In this document: in pieces, positions 16,403-24,277 of the stretch
How the letters are laid out: every line of letters starts with the position of its first letter
Position numbering within the stretch: the stretch's first letter is position 1
DNA from: Nitrosopumilus sp.
GTDB lineage: Archaea; Thermoproteota; Nitrososphaeria; Nitrososphaerales; Nitrosopumilaceae
Length of the DNA: 32,000 nt
Assembly: GCA_965249555.1 (NCBI GenBank)
Contig: OZ252243.1
Location: 1,894,961 to 1,926,960, forward strand
Reading direction: 5' to 3'
Translations under genes and position numbers: made by a program
The notes under the pieces: generated by a model
What the model was told of the DNA's origin: nothing
Database searches by the model: none
Seen by the model: the letters and a program-made list of their open reading frames with translations, nothing else

Positions 16403-17494
16403 TTATGTGACTATTTCATCAAGACGATCTTCTTCTTGGGCTCGTTTAATCTCCATCGCTATTCTTCTTCCTACTCCAAAGGTCTTACCATATTGATATT
16501 TTGTGTAAGGACTTGTGGTTGCAACTATTGGATTTCCAGGAACCCGTAAAGATACATCATACACTATTAACTCCAAATCTTTTGTAATTACACTTTGAAG
16601 TGAGAATGGTCCAATAATTCCTGGGGCGTATTCTTTTTTGACAGCTGCTACAAACTTGTCTCCCATCTTGATTACTTTTTCAAGCAATGATTCTCTAATG
16701 CTTGCAGGTGTGTGCCCTACCTCAATATTCTGCAAATCAATGCCCATCTCTAGTTGTTGTTTTGCAGGTAGTGCATTATAATCATGGATGTTTGTTTGCA
16801 GTCTTCGTTCAATTCCAATAAAATCAACTTGGTCTGAAATTGGTGTATGAAAGAAATTAAAATTCATGTATGTTCCTATTGCTAATTCTTCAATACTTGA
16901 TTTTTCCAAATCTTTTCTTGAGATGATCCCTTGTTTGATTTTTGCATCTGATTGTTCTTTGTAATCCTTATAAGATGAAACTGTAAAGAATGCTCTTTCT
17001 AGCGGTCTGTTTTTTTCTTGAACCTTTACAATACATGGTCTGTTGATTCTCTTTGGGTCTTTGAATAATTTTGGATATTTTATTCTGGCTTTTCCTAAAA
17101 GATAGTATTGCCCTTTCTTTGCAGTTCTCTCTTCTGCTTGGAATAATTTCCGATTCCCAAAAATTGGCACTTTGAATGTGTTCTCTATTGTTTTGTATCC
17201 AAGATAAACAGTAAGTGATCTGTGTGGAACTATGATTGTATTTGATTCACGTAACTTTTTCTGAATTTTGGCTGAAGCCATATCTTTGAATTTATCTAAT
17301 ACAATGATTTCATCTGCAATCCTTGCAAATCTTTGATATGGTCCTTCTCTTCCTTTTTGACAAAAAACGCTAGTCTGAAAGTCCTCATCTTTTGCACCAT
17401 CCATTACTTCTAGTGCCGAGTGACTGCCAAGAACGCCTATTCTGACATCTGAATAGTCATTTACTATCTTCTTTATCTCAGAACTCTTGATCAC
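16403..17494 (-). CDS. purP: 5-formaminoimidazole-4-carboxamide ribonucleotide (FAICAR) synthetase PurP (ATP-grasp)
   Basis: The N-terminal IGVLGSHSALEV..GAKDE.F, the 363-aa length and the ATP-grasp-like C-terminal half are characteristic of archaeal PurP. It has a GTG start with a TATA-like TTATCTATATTA about 30 nt upstream. Confidence 0.9.
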   Translation of the reverse strand: MIKSSEIKKIVNDYSDVRIGVLGSHSALEVMDGAKDEDFQTSVFCQKGREGPYQRFARIADEIIVLDKFKDMASAKIQKKLRESNTIIVPHRSLTVYLGYKTIENTFKVPIFGNRKLFQAEERTAKKGQYYLLGKARIKYPKLFKDPKRINRPCIVKVQEKNRPLERAFFTVSSYKDYKEQSDAKIKQGIISRKDLEKSSIEELAIGTYMNFNFFHTPISDQVDFIGIERRLQTNIHDYNALPAKQQLEMGIDLQNIEVGHTPASIRESLLEKVIKMGDKFVAAVKKEYAPGIIGPFSLQSVITKDLELIVYDVSLRVPGNPIVATTSPYTKYQYGKTFGVGRRIAMEIKRAQEEDRLDEIVT

Positions 17495-17665
17495 ACTATT
17501 CTTAGAATATGGGATCTAATATAGATAATTTTCAATTATTCTGTTCAAACTTTGGGACATTTCCACCTGCTGTTTGATTCGGGACATGGGAGATTTGTAT
17601 CCTGGTATTTTTAGTGTAATAGGCACGAACCGAAAATCTCTTGTGACAATTTTTACAGAAACTAT

Positions 17666-17691
17666 CTACATAATTGAGACTTGGGCATAAT
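17666..17691. repeat. IS5-like terminal inverted repeat (left)
   Basis: CTACATAATTGAGACTTGGGCATAAT compared with the reverse complement of 18804-18829, CCACATAGATGAGACATGGGCATAAT. Confidence 0.7.
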
Positions 17692-17718
17692 GATTTACAA
17701 AAAAACCAAGACTTTTCT

Positions 17719-18736
17719 CTAACAACAAAGCATTCTTTTCACAATCCTTGGATTCTCACTTCCAATTACACAATTATAATACACTGCCAACTGATACACC
17801 AGCACGCAAATCAGCACGAATGATTGTACGTTCTCAAGTCCTTTCACCGGAACTGTTCTAATGTTAAACGTATCCTTGATTATTTCAAAGAGTGGTTCAA
17901 TTGATATTTTTCTCTGAGAATATAATTTCCGACCAACTGCTGAATTGTAAAACCCTATCAACTTTATTCTGGCTGGCGGCGTAGACGGGTATTTTTTGAC
18001 CGGACAGATTAATCTCATGGCATTATTCTTAGTTGACTTGTATGGTTTGGAATCATCATATGCCGGATCACACCATATACTATTCATCAATCCAGAAAGT
18101 GACCCAATCAATTTCTCATATGGCTTGCTATCATGGACATTAGCAGTAGTTACACATGGCAGATAATGGAACAACTAGTCTTCCTGTACTATACCTCATG
18201 TGTAGTTTGTATCCATACACCCAACCCTTTGATTTGGAGAATCCCCACCTGGCATTTGTGTCAATTCCTGCAATTGGTAGGTGATTCTTTTTGATGTCTG
18301 ATTTGTGCCATACTGGACCTGAAGCTTTTAGCATTGAACTATCAACTGATGCTGATTCACTATTCACCAATCCTTCTGAGACAAACAAATTTCCTACAGT
18401 GTTAATAATTTCATTGATTGGCAAGCATTGAAATCTTCTGTCAATTGTCCTTCTGTCAGGGATTTGGTTTAGTCTGCAAACCTTGAGTAATTTGTCATTG
18501 GTACATTTGATTGAGAGAAAATAATGCAGTGTGTTGTTACTTGGAATTCTCATCCATGACTTTACGATGAATAACTGAACCATCAGAACAGTTGAATAGA
18601 CATATGGCCGTCCTCGTCTCACTGCATTCTCATACAGATATAGTGTTCCAACCAGATACAAAATACTAATAAGAAATGACTCACATAGAATCTTGTCAGG
18701 GATTTTTATTTGTTTTGTAATCATTCCAATGAACAA
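17719..18736 (-). pseudogene. IS5/IS4-type DDE transposase split by one frameshift (ORFs 18140-18736 and 17719-18174)
   Basis: The upstream part ends ..GWVYGYKLHM..LVVPLSA. The downstream part continues VTTANVHDS..DPAYDD..YSQRKISIEPLFEIIKD, which is the Y-x2-R-x3-E-x6-K signature. The two frames overlap at 18140-18174 and no obvious slippery heptamer is present. Confidence 0.75.
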
Positions 18737-18803
18737 AACATGATTGAGATCCTTGGCTTTTTCTATTTGAATAATTTGAGAAATCGGTTAAAAATTAGAA
18801 TGG

Positions 18804-18829
18804 ATTATGCCCATGTCTCATCTATGTGG
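18804..18829. repeat. IS5-like terminal inverted repeat (right)
   Basis: This is the partner of 17666-17691. Confidence 0.7.
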
Positions 18830-19010
18830 TATTTTGTTTTCCGCTTACTTTGAGTTAGTCTGTGTAACGCCCTTGTACATGGCAATATTCATTCAACTCT
18901 CAGGCCCAACAGTAGGTATACATCACAAGATATGAAAAAGATTTCGTATAACGTCTGTGTAATCTAAGGTACTGTTTTCTCGTGTGTAGTGTCGGTAGCT
19001 GGAATTTTCT
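18819..19010. repeat. 192-bp inverted repeat, copy A (contains the 3' end of the IS6-like transposase gene plus downstream sequence)
   Basis: Block-by-block comparison shows its reverse complement equals 20787-20978 at 190/192 positions. The mismatches are at 18846 and 19003. Confidence 0.95.
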
Positions 19011-19655
19011 GGCATTTTGAATTAATGTAATCCATTTATTATCACCCTCAACTTTTACTCCTGCTTTCTCACTTGGAGTCTTACCATCTAATCCCATATG
19101 AGAGCGAATGAAATTATGATGAATCTGCATGCCTGAAATTATTGGTGAATCATCTTTCTTTAGGGAACGCATCACCTTCTCCCTGTCTCTTAGTTCACCA
19201 TTTAGTCTTTCCATCTTGTTGTTGTTTTTGTCATTTTTCATGTGAATATGGCGTATGTGTTGAGTCTTTTTGTGTAAAAAGTTTTTGGCTCTGTATTCAT
19301 CTTTCCATGCCTCGTGAAAGTTTGGAGCTCCATCAGAGATCAGAGTTCTTGGTTTCATTCCTGCAACCTTTACAGCCTCTTTGAACATTGGCTTTACGTC
19401 TTGGGTGTATTTATGATCTGAAACTTGCTTTGCTATCCAGTATCTTGTTTCATCATCCATCATGGCATAGAGATATTTTCTATCTCCTTTTATTTTGAGA
19501 TATAACTCATCAGTTTGCCATTTTTCTGATACTTGAGGTGTTATTGATTCAAGATATTTTTCCATCAATTTAACATACTTCTTTATCCAATTCTCTATTG
19601 TTTTATGTGTAACATCAACACCAAATAGTTTCATTGAATCTGCAACGTGTCTCAA
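18900..19655 (-). CDS. IS6-family-like (IS240-type) DDE transposase, probably N-terminally truncated
   Basis: WQTDELYLKIKGDRKYLYAMMDDETR (compare IS26 WHMDETYVKVNG..YLYRAID), LISDGAPNF, and NNKMERLNGELRDR. The ORF begins at a TTG within the HTH-like region, with in-frame TAA TAG just upstream, so the Zn-finger/N-terminal part appears to be missing. Confidence 0.75.
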   Translation of the reverse strand: MRHVADSMKLFGVDVTHKTIENWIKKYVKLMEKYLESITPQVSEKWQTDELYLKIKGDRKYLYAMMDDETRYWIAKQVSDHKYTQDVKPMFKEAVKVAGMKPRTLISDGAPNFHEAWKDEYRAKNFLHKKTQHIRHIHMKNDKNNNKMERLNGELRDREKVMRSLKKDDSPIISGMQIHHNFIRSHMGLDGKTPSEKAGVKVEGDNKWITLIQNARKFQLPTLHTRKQYLRLHRRYTKSFSYLVMYTYCWA

Positions 19656-19741
19656 AGATTCACGCTATTATTATGTGGATTCAAAATGGCTAAGCGATCA
19701 ACTAATCTTTACATAGATGTATTTGTAATTAAAAAATAAGA

Positions 19742-19966
19742 ATGTCTGTGAAAGAAGCAATGAAAACAAGCAGTGGTTATGATTATGTAATGACCCACCC
19801 TAAAGAAATAGGTAAACATTTAGGAAAATGGATATTGATTTATGATGATAAGATCATATCTGTTGATGAAGATTTAATAAAGATTTACAGGCAATTTGAA
19901 AAGGATTATCCGAAAAAAATTCCTTTTGTTATGAAACTTCCTAAAGAACCAAATATGTTATTGTAA
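19742..19966 (+). CDS. Small protein (74 aa), DUF5678-like partner of the retropepsin-like protease
   Basis: It has an ATG start, and its stop overlaps the next start (TAATG). The pattern ..HLGKWILIYDDKIISVDEDL..IYRQFEKDYP.KIPFVMKLP resembles, from memory, the small proteins that accompany archaeal/bacterial retropepsin-like genes. Confidence 0.6.
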   Translation: MSVKEAMKTSSGYDYVMTHPKEIGKHLGKWILIYDDKIISVDEDLIKIYRQFEKDYPKKIPFVMKLPKEPNMLL

Positions 19967-20424
19967 TGAAAATAAGGAAAAACACTAAACGCAGTGTTAG
20001 AATAAAATACATTCTTTTCAATCATAAAGGAATTGATAGATATTTGCCAATGGTTAATGTATGTTTAAAGCATAAAGGACATGATATACAAAGCACAGCT
20101 TTAATTGATTCTGGTGCAACATCTACATTTATTCCATTATCTTTAGCACAGTTATTAGAACTAGAATTAAAAAATTCAAACAATAATGTTTCTGGTGCTG
20201 GTGGGGAATTTCAATCTTATCTTACTAATATTGAAGAAATAGATGTTATCAAAGGACAAATATTGTTAACAAAATTTGAAAACTTGCGTGTTCGTGTTCC
20301 TACAGAAAAAGATGGAATACCTTTTGTTGTTCTAGGGCGTGATTCAATATTTTTTAGATATAATATTAAATTTCAGGAAAGTAAACAACAAATACAATTA
20401 CAAAAACCAAAAAGGAATGATTGA
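19966..20424 (+). CDS. Retropepsin-like (clan AA) aspartic protease
   Basis: The catalytic-type motif is ALIDSGATSTFIP (D-S-G-A). The downstream VVLGRDSIF motif is typical of single-domain retropepsin-like proteins. At 152 aa its size is compatible with a homodimeric protease. Confidence 0.7.
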   Translation: MKIRKNTKRSVRIKYILFNHKGIDRYLPMVNVCLKHKGHDIQSTALIDSGATSTFIPLSLAQLLELELKNSNNNVSGAGGEFQSYLTNIEEIDVIKGQILLTKFENLRVRVPTEKDGIPFVVLGRDSIFFRYNIKFQESKQQIQLQKPKRND

Positions 20425-20786
20425 ATGACAATTAATAATAATTAACCTGTTAGTCTAAATTGGTCAACTTTCTTTGTATGTACAATTTGGGCATTATGTT
20501 GGACACAAAAAATGAATAAAACAAGAAAATGGATTATCATCCATGTAATTCCATATCCAATTATTTTCTATAATTTATTTCCGTTTTTAGAGAGTTCATG
20601 ATTTTGGTTTCCTATTACGGTATTTTTGATTTATCCAAACATATTTTCAATATATTTTATACAAAAGTGGACAGCAGAATACAATCTAAAGACTTTTGGT
20701 TACAAAAGAAGAAAAGATTGGTATGAAGCAAATAATGACAAAACACCCAACAGTTAACACGAAGAAGATACGCACATAAAGTTAAT

Positions 20787-20978
20787 AGAAAATCCCAGCT
20801 ACCGACACTACACACGAGAAAACAGTACCTTAGATTACACAGACGTTATACGAAATCTTTTTCATATCTTGTGATGTATACCTACTGTTGGGCCTGAGAG
20901 TTGAATGAATATTGCCATGTACAAGGGCGTTACACAGACTAACTCAAAGTGAGCGGAAAACAAAATACCACATAGATG
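20787..20978. repeat. 192-bp inverted repeat, copy B (solo 3'-terminal fragment of the IS6-like element)
   Basis: See copy A. On the + strand it encodes ..QLPTLHTRKQYLRLHRRYTKSFSYLVMYTYCWA*, identical to the C-terminus of ORF 18900-19655. Confidence 0.95.
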
Positions 20979-22106
20979 GCAAATGGGAGCATTCCGCTAG
21001 ATCAGGCAATTTGATCAAAAAGGAGGTGATAATATGATCAGCATAGGAATTAATGTTCACAAAATAAAATGTGTTGCAACAATAAAACGGGAATCCAGAA
21101 AGAAGCTAGAGCAGACAATCTTTGATAATACCACAAATGGAATAATGGGTTTTATCAAACACGTCAAAAAGACATATGGCAATGACATACAGGCAGTGTG
21201 TGAGTCAACTGCAAACTATTGGATCAGACTACATGACACACTAGAAGACCATGGAATTGATACAATTCTCGCACATCCTGCAAAGACCAAGATAATTGCA
21301 CAGGCAAAGCTAAAAAACGACAAACTTGATTCAGACGTATTGGCAGGACTTGCTAAGAGCAGACATGGTGTACAGCTCATTTGTACCAGAAAAATACCAT
21401 ATAGACTATACAGTCTGGTAAGAACCAGACTGAGTCGCGTGCGAAATGTATCAAGACACAAAAACATGATTTATGCAATACTTGCAAAATATGATTACGC
21501 CCACAAAGACATTCTCGCAGAAAGGAGTACGATGGTTGCATGAAATTAATCTGATAGAATGGCAATGGATGCATATCTTGATACCATAGATATGATGCAA
21601 AAACAGATCAACACAATTGAGATAAAGATTGCAGCAATGAGGATGAGAAAACAAGACTACTAATGACCATTCCTGGAATAAACTATGTCACGGCATTGAC
21701 AATAATTTCAGAGATAGTTGACATCAGCAGATTTGCATCAGCAGAAAAACTAGTCTCATATGCAGGACTTGCACCATCGCACAGGGACAGTACAGATGTG
21801 CACAGGGGAGACAAAATAACAAAGAGGGGTTCTGCATGGTTACGTAACGCAATGGTAGAGGCTGCAAATACTATGGTACGATTTGATGAAAGAATGGAAT
21901 CATTCTATTTCAGAATTGCAAAGAGGAGAAAACAAAGGTGGCAGCTGCAAGACCGGATGCTTGCAATAATCCGGGTACATGCTAACTCTGAAAGTGTATC
22001 GTACACAAAATCATGAACTGACACAGTGAAAGTATAAGATGCAAGGCATACCTGAGATGTCCTGATTGTACAAAGCACACTTAGTGTCCTCAGTAGGGTT
22101 GGAGAC
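20979..22106 (+). mobile_element. IS110-family element, decayed (boundaries approximate)
   Basis: The left limit is set where the 192-bp repeat ends. The right limit is a guess, placed before the first 16-bp direct repeat. IS110 elements lack classical terminal IRs, so the ends cannot be fixed from one copy. Confidence 0.4.
21034..22016 (+). pseudogene. IS110-family transposase, disrupted by at least 3 frameshifts
   Basis: The N-terminal DEDD-type part has ISIGINVHK, CESTANYW and KNDKLDSDVLA. The central coiled-coil piece lies in another frame (21560-21660, ..AMDAYLDTIDMMQKQINTIEIKIAAM..). The C-terminal part has IPGINYVTALTIISEIVDISRFASAEKLVSYAGLAPS...KITKRGSAWLRNAMVEAA. A further frame change falls near 21930 (KVAAAR / RMLAII). 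Confidence 0.8.
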
Positions 22107-22122
22107 GATTTCGTATGGGAGA
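22107..22122. repeat. 16-bp direct repeat GATTTCGTATGGGAGA (copy 1)
   Basis: It is identical to 22170-22185, 63 bp downstream. Confidence 0.9.
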
Positions 22123-22169
22123 ACCTTTCTTTGTTATTCCTCCAAGTATGCATCATAAGATACAAAAAA

Positions 22170-22185
22170 GATTTCGTATGGGAGA
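22170..22185. repeat. 16-bp direct repeat GATTTCGTATGGGAGA (copy 2)
   Basis: It is identical to 22107-22122. It overlaps a diverged fragment of the IS6-like tail (22146-22179 vs 18916-18949, 30/34 identical). Confidence 0.9.
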
Positions 22186-22231
22186 TTACTGAGTTAATCT
22201 GCCAACATGTGCTTAGAATAGACTTTGTTAA

Positions 22232-22462
22232 TCAAATATTTCTAAGAAAATCTTCCTTTTTAATTTCTGCAAGGGACAAAACACCAAAAACAGTTCCAAC
22301 CTTCACTTCTTTATGCAATGGGACAACGGTTACTATTTTTCCACCATCTGTAAATTTGTGCAAAACAACATGACTTCCAGTTTGACGTGAAACTTGAAAA
22401 CCAAATCTATCTATCAGAATTTTTATTATCTTGCTTCCTGAAAGTTTAGGAAATTTCGACAC
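22232..22462 (-). CDS. hicA: HicA-family mRNA interferase toxin
   Basis: The pattern LSGSKIIKILIDRFGFQVSRQTGSHVVLHK......VTVVPLHKEVKVGTVFGVL matches the HicA/YcfA consensus (GF...rq.GSH......g....tvP.H.....gt...il). Confidence 0.85.
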   Translation of the reverse strand: MSKFPKLSGSKIIKILIDRFGFQVSRQTGSHVVLHKFTDGGKIVTVVPLHKEVKVGTVFGVLSLAEIKKEDFLRNI

Positions 22463-22655
22463 TTAATGCACCAACAATATTCATGTTTTGTATGGTATCT
22501 TTTACATCTGGCATCTCTTCAAGATAAAGACTGACTGCTTCTTTGATATTTGCCAGTGCTTCTTCAATTGTTTGACCCTGTGTAGTGACACCAGTAGCTG
22601 CTTCTTTTATCACGTACATATCATCTTCTTTCCAACATATTGTTTGTAATTTCAT
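22446..22655 (-). CDS. hicB: HicB-like antitoxin (UPF0150 fold, no C-terminal DNA-binding domain)
   Basis: The pattern DDMYVIKEAATGVTTQGQTIEEALANIKEAVSLYLEE is the typical HicB N-terminal domain. It overlaps hicA by 17 nt on the same strand. Confidence 0.8.
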   Translation of the reverse strand: MKLQTICWKEDDMYVIKEAATGVTTQGQTIEEALANIKEAVSLYLEEMPDVKDTIQNMNIVGALSVEIS

Positions 22656-22786
22656 GTCTTATTTTTGAGTTCAAATTATTTTAATCTTTTTGGTGCACGG
22701 TTACTGTTAGCGAGGGATAATATGAAATTTCTGGATTAAATCTGAACGTTGAACATTAGGCTAATCATCAAAGAACAACTAAACTC

Positions 22787-22877
22787 GTCAGGGTCGCATA
22801 GTTTGGTATATTGCGTGAGATTGAAAATCTCTTGATCGAGGACCTCGATTTCGTGGGTTCAAGTCCCACCCCTGACG
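22787..22877 (+). tRNA. tRNA gene, anticodon loop TTGAAAA (GAA, Phe by anticodon), with a 20-nt segment between the anticodon arm and T arm (intron or long variable arm). Isotype uncertain.
   Basis: Acceptor stem GTCAGGG/CCCTGAC. D arm GCAT-AGTTTGGTATA-TTGC. Anticodon arm (T)GAGA-TTGAAAA-TCTC(T). T arm GTGGG-TTCAAGT-CCCAC. The discriminator is G and no CCA is encoded. The extra segment 22833-22852 contains the hairpin ATCGAG-GAC-CTCGAT. Confidence 0.75.
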
Positions 22878-22959
22878 GGTTTATGATTTTTGTATTCTTT
22901 GATTCTTTAAAAAGTTTCATTATTTATTCATTCTGTCATGATATTTTTGTTTCAACATC

Positions 22960-23216
22960 TTATTTTTGGGCATCATCATTTGTTGTTGCAAATGCCATTG
23001 TTGATACAGGACCAGAAGTTCCACCTTGAATTATACTAACCACTCTCATGTCTTGATGATCAGTTAAAGTAATTGGTATATCTTCTCCTAGATTCCAATC
23101 AATTTCATTTGAAATTGTAAGAATTTCAAAGTTTAGATTTGGATATGCAGTTTCTAAGATTTGACGGTATTGTGGAATTAAATATTCATCTTCTACATCT
23201 ACTGTAATTAGTAAGT
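22960..23216 (-). pseudogene. Open frame of ~85 codons without a usable start codon (possible gene remnant)
   Basis: The minus-strand frame reads ..LLITVDVEDEYLIPQYRQILETAYPNLNFEILTISNEIDWNLGEDIPITLTDHQDMRVVSIIQGGTSGPVSTMAFATTNDDAQK*. A TAA bounds it upstream, and the only Met is 30 codons from the end. Confidence 0.25.
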
Positions 23217-23470
23217 GATTATAGTTTTACACTAAAAAATGCAGATATCTTTGCCAAAGAATCTTGTACCGGAGTATTGAACGGTAACTATGAGCAAGCA
23301 ATTAAAATCCTTTATGAATTAATTATGAAATCAAATTGATAATATCATGTAAAATGCTTGGATTTTGTTGGTAATGATATGTAAGTTTTAGAATCATTGT
23401 TCAGAATTTCTCTTTTTGTCAACAATTCATAAACTACTCTTTTTAACAAGAGTCAGTTATTGGTATAATC

Positions 23471-24277
23471 ATGGCTAAAAGATACAACTCCCCAATTACT
23501 TATCGATTAAAGGAAATTCCCATTAAATACATCAAAATATGGAAGGATGCCCAGGCAAGAAAACTAGACAGGGAAGGAATCGCAGAACTTGCCCGTTCCA
23601 TCAAAAATGAGGGATTGCAGAATCCGCCAATGGTCCAAAAGGAATCAAAAAACTCGTATTTGTTACTGTCTGGACAGAGAAGGCTTGCTGCCCTGAAAAG
23701 GTTGGGTGCAAAGAAGATACCAGTGTTATTGCTTACACATAGTACGAAATATGACTTGGAGGATGCAAAGGCAGCATCAGTGGTTGAGAACCTGCATCGA
23801 AACAAAATGAACACAAAGGACATGACGGCAGCATGTGTATTTTTGACAGAATCAGTTGGAAAAAATAAAGCTGCAAAATCACTAGGAATATCATCACAAA
23901 CTCTCAAGAAATACCTTGGATTTGCAGCGGTTCCAGATAGATTGAGGCAGTTTGTACCAAAGGAGCTGTCTCGTGATGATTGTGTGAAATTATATCAGGT
24001 CATCCCAAATCTATCAAAGGCTGTATCTGTTGCAGAGAAGATCATTCCACTGGACCAGAAACTACGAAGAGAGTATCTCAAGGTTTTGAGTCGTAGTCCA
24101 AAATCATCGCATCTCAAGTTGCTCAAGAAAGCAAAGAGTGGATTACTCCAACAGAGAGTTGTTATTTTGTTGAACAAGGGCAATGCCCGGAAACTGCGTA
24201 GTTTGGCTGTGAGAAAAGATATGGATGTTGTAGAGATGGCAGATGATATACTTTCTGATTATCTGAAAAGAAAGTAA
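23471..24277 (+). CDS. ParB/Srx-like N-terminal domain protein with central HTH (no adjacent ParA)
   Basis: ParB-box-like LLLSGQRRLAALKRLGAKKIPVLL (GxxRxxA). It has VENLHRNKM. The HTH candidate is KAAKSLGISSQTLKKYLGF. Confidence 0.8.
   Translation: MAKRYNSPITYRLKEIPIKYIKIWKDAQARKLDREGIAELARSIKNEGLQNPPMVQKESKNSYLLLSGQRRLAALKRLGAKKIPVLLLTHSTKYDLEDAKAASVVENLHRNKMNTKDMTAACVFLTESVGKNKAAKSLGISSQTLKKYLGFAAVPDRLRQFVPKELSRDDCVKLYQVIPNLSKAVSVAEKIIPLDQKLRREYLKVLSRSPKSSHLKLLKKAKSGLLQQRVVILLNKGNARKLRSLAVRKDMDVVEMADDILSDYLKRK

Larger units (their letters stand above)
17666..18829 (-). mobile_element. IS5/IS4-superfamily insertion sequence (~1.16 kb) with frameshifted transposase
   Basis: Inverted repeats 17666-17691 and 18804-18829 match at 22/26, with core GAGAC(T/A)TGGGCATAAT. 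They enclose a DDE_Tnp_1-type transposase. The outermost 11 bp at the right end are shared with the neighbouring 192-bp repeat, so the exact terminus is ambiguous. Confidence 0.7.

Noticed and set aside
17575-17600. GGGACATGGGAG, resembling the IS5-like IR core GAGACATGGGCA (possible solo IR)
   Set aside because: Only an 8-mer core (GACATGGG) is shared and the flanks do not align. This is compatible with chance.
21216-22373. Minus-strand ORFs 21216-21467, 21377-21574, 21451-21654 and 21905-22165, and plus-strand ORF 22131-22373
   Set aside because: They overlap the IS110-family transposase remnants or hicA. ORF 21905-22165 contains a translated remnant of the IS6-like tail (SHTKSFLYLMMHTW) and is not an independent gene.
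22811-23029. 72-aa plus-strand ORF
   Set aside because: It starts inside the tRNA gene and runs through a T-rich spacer. The tRNA structure explains the 5' part. It has no protein-like features.
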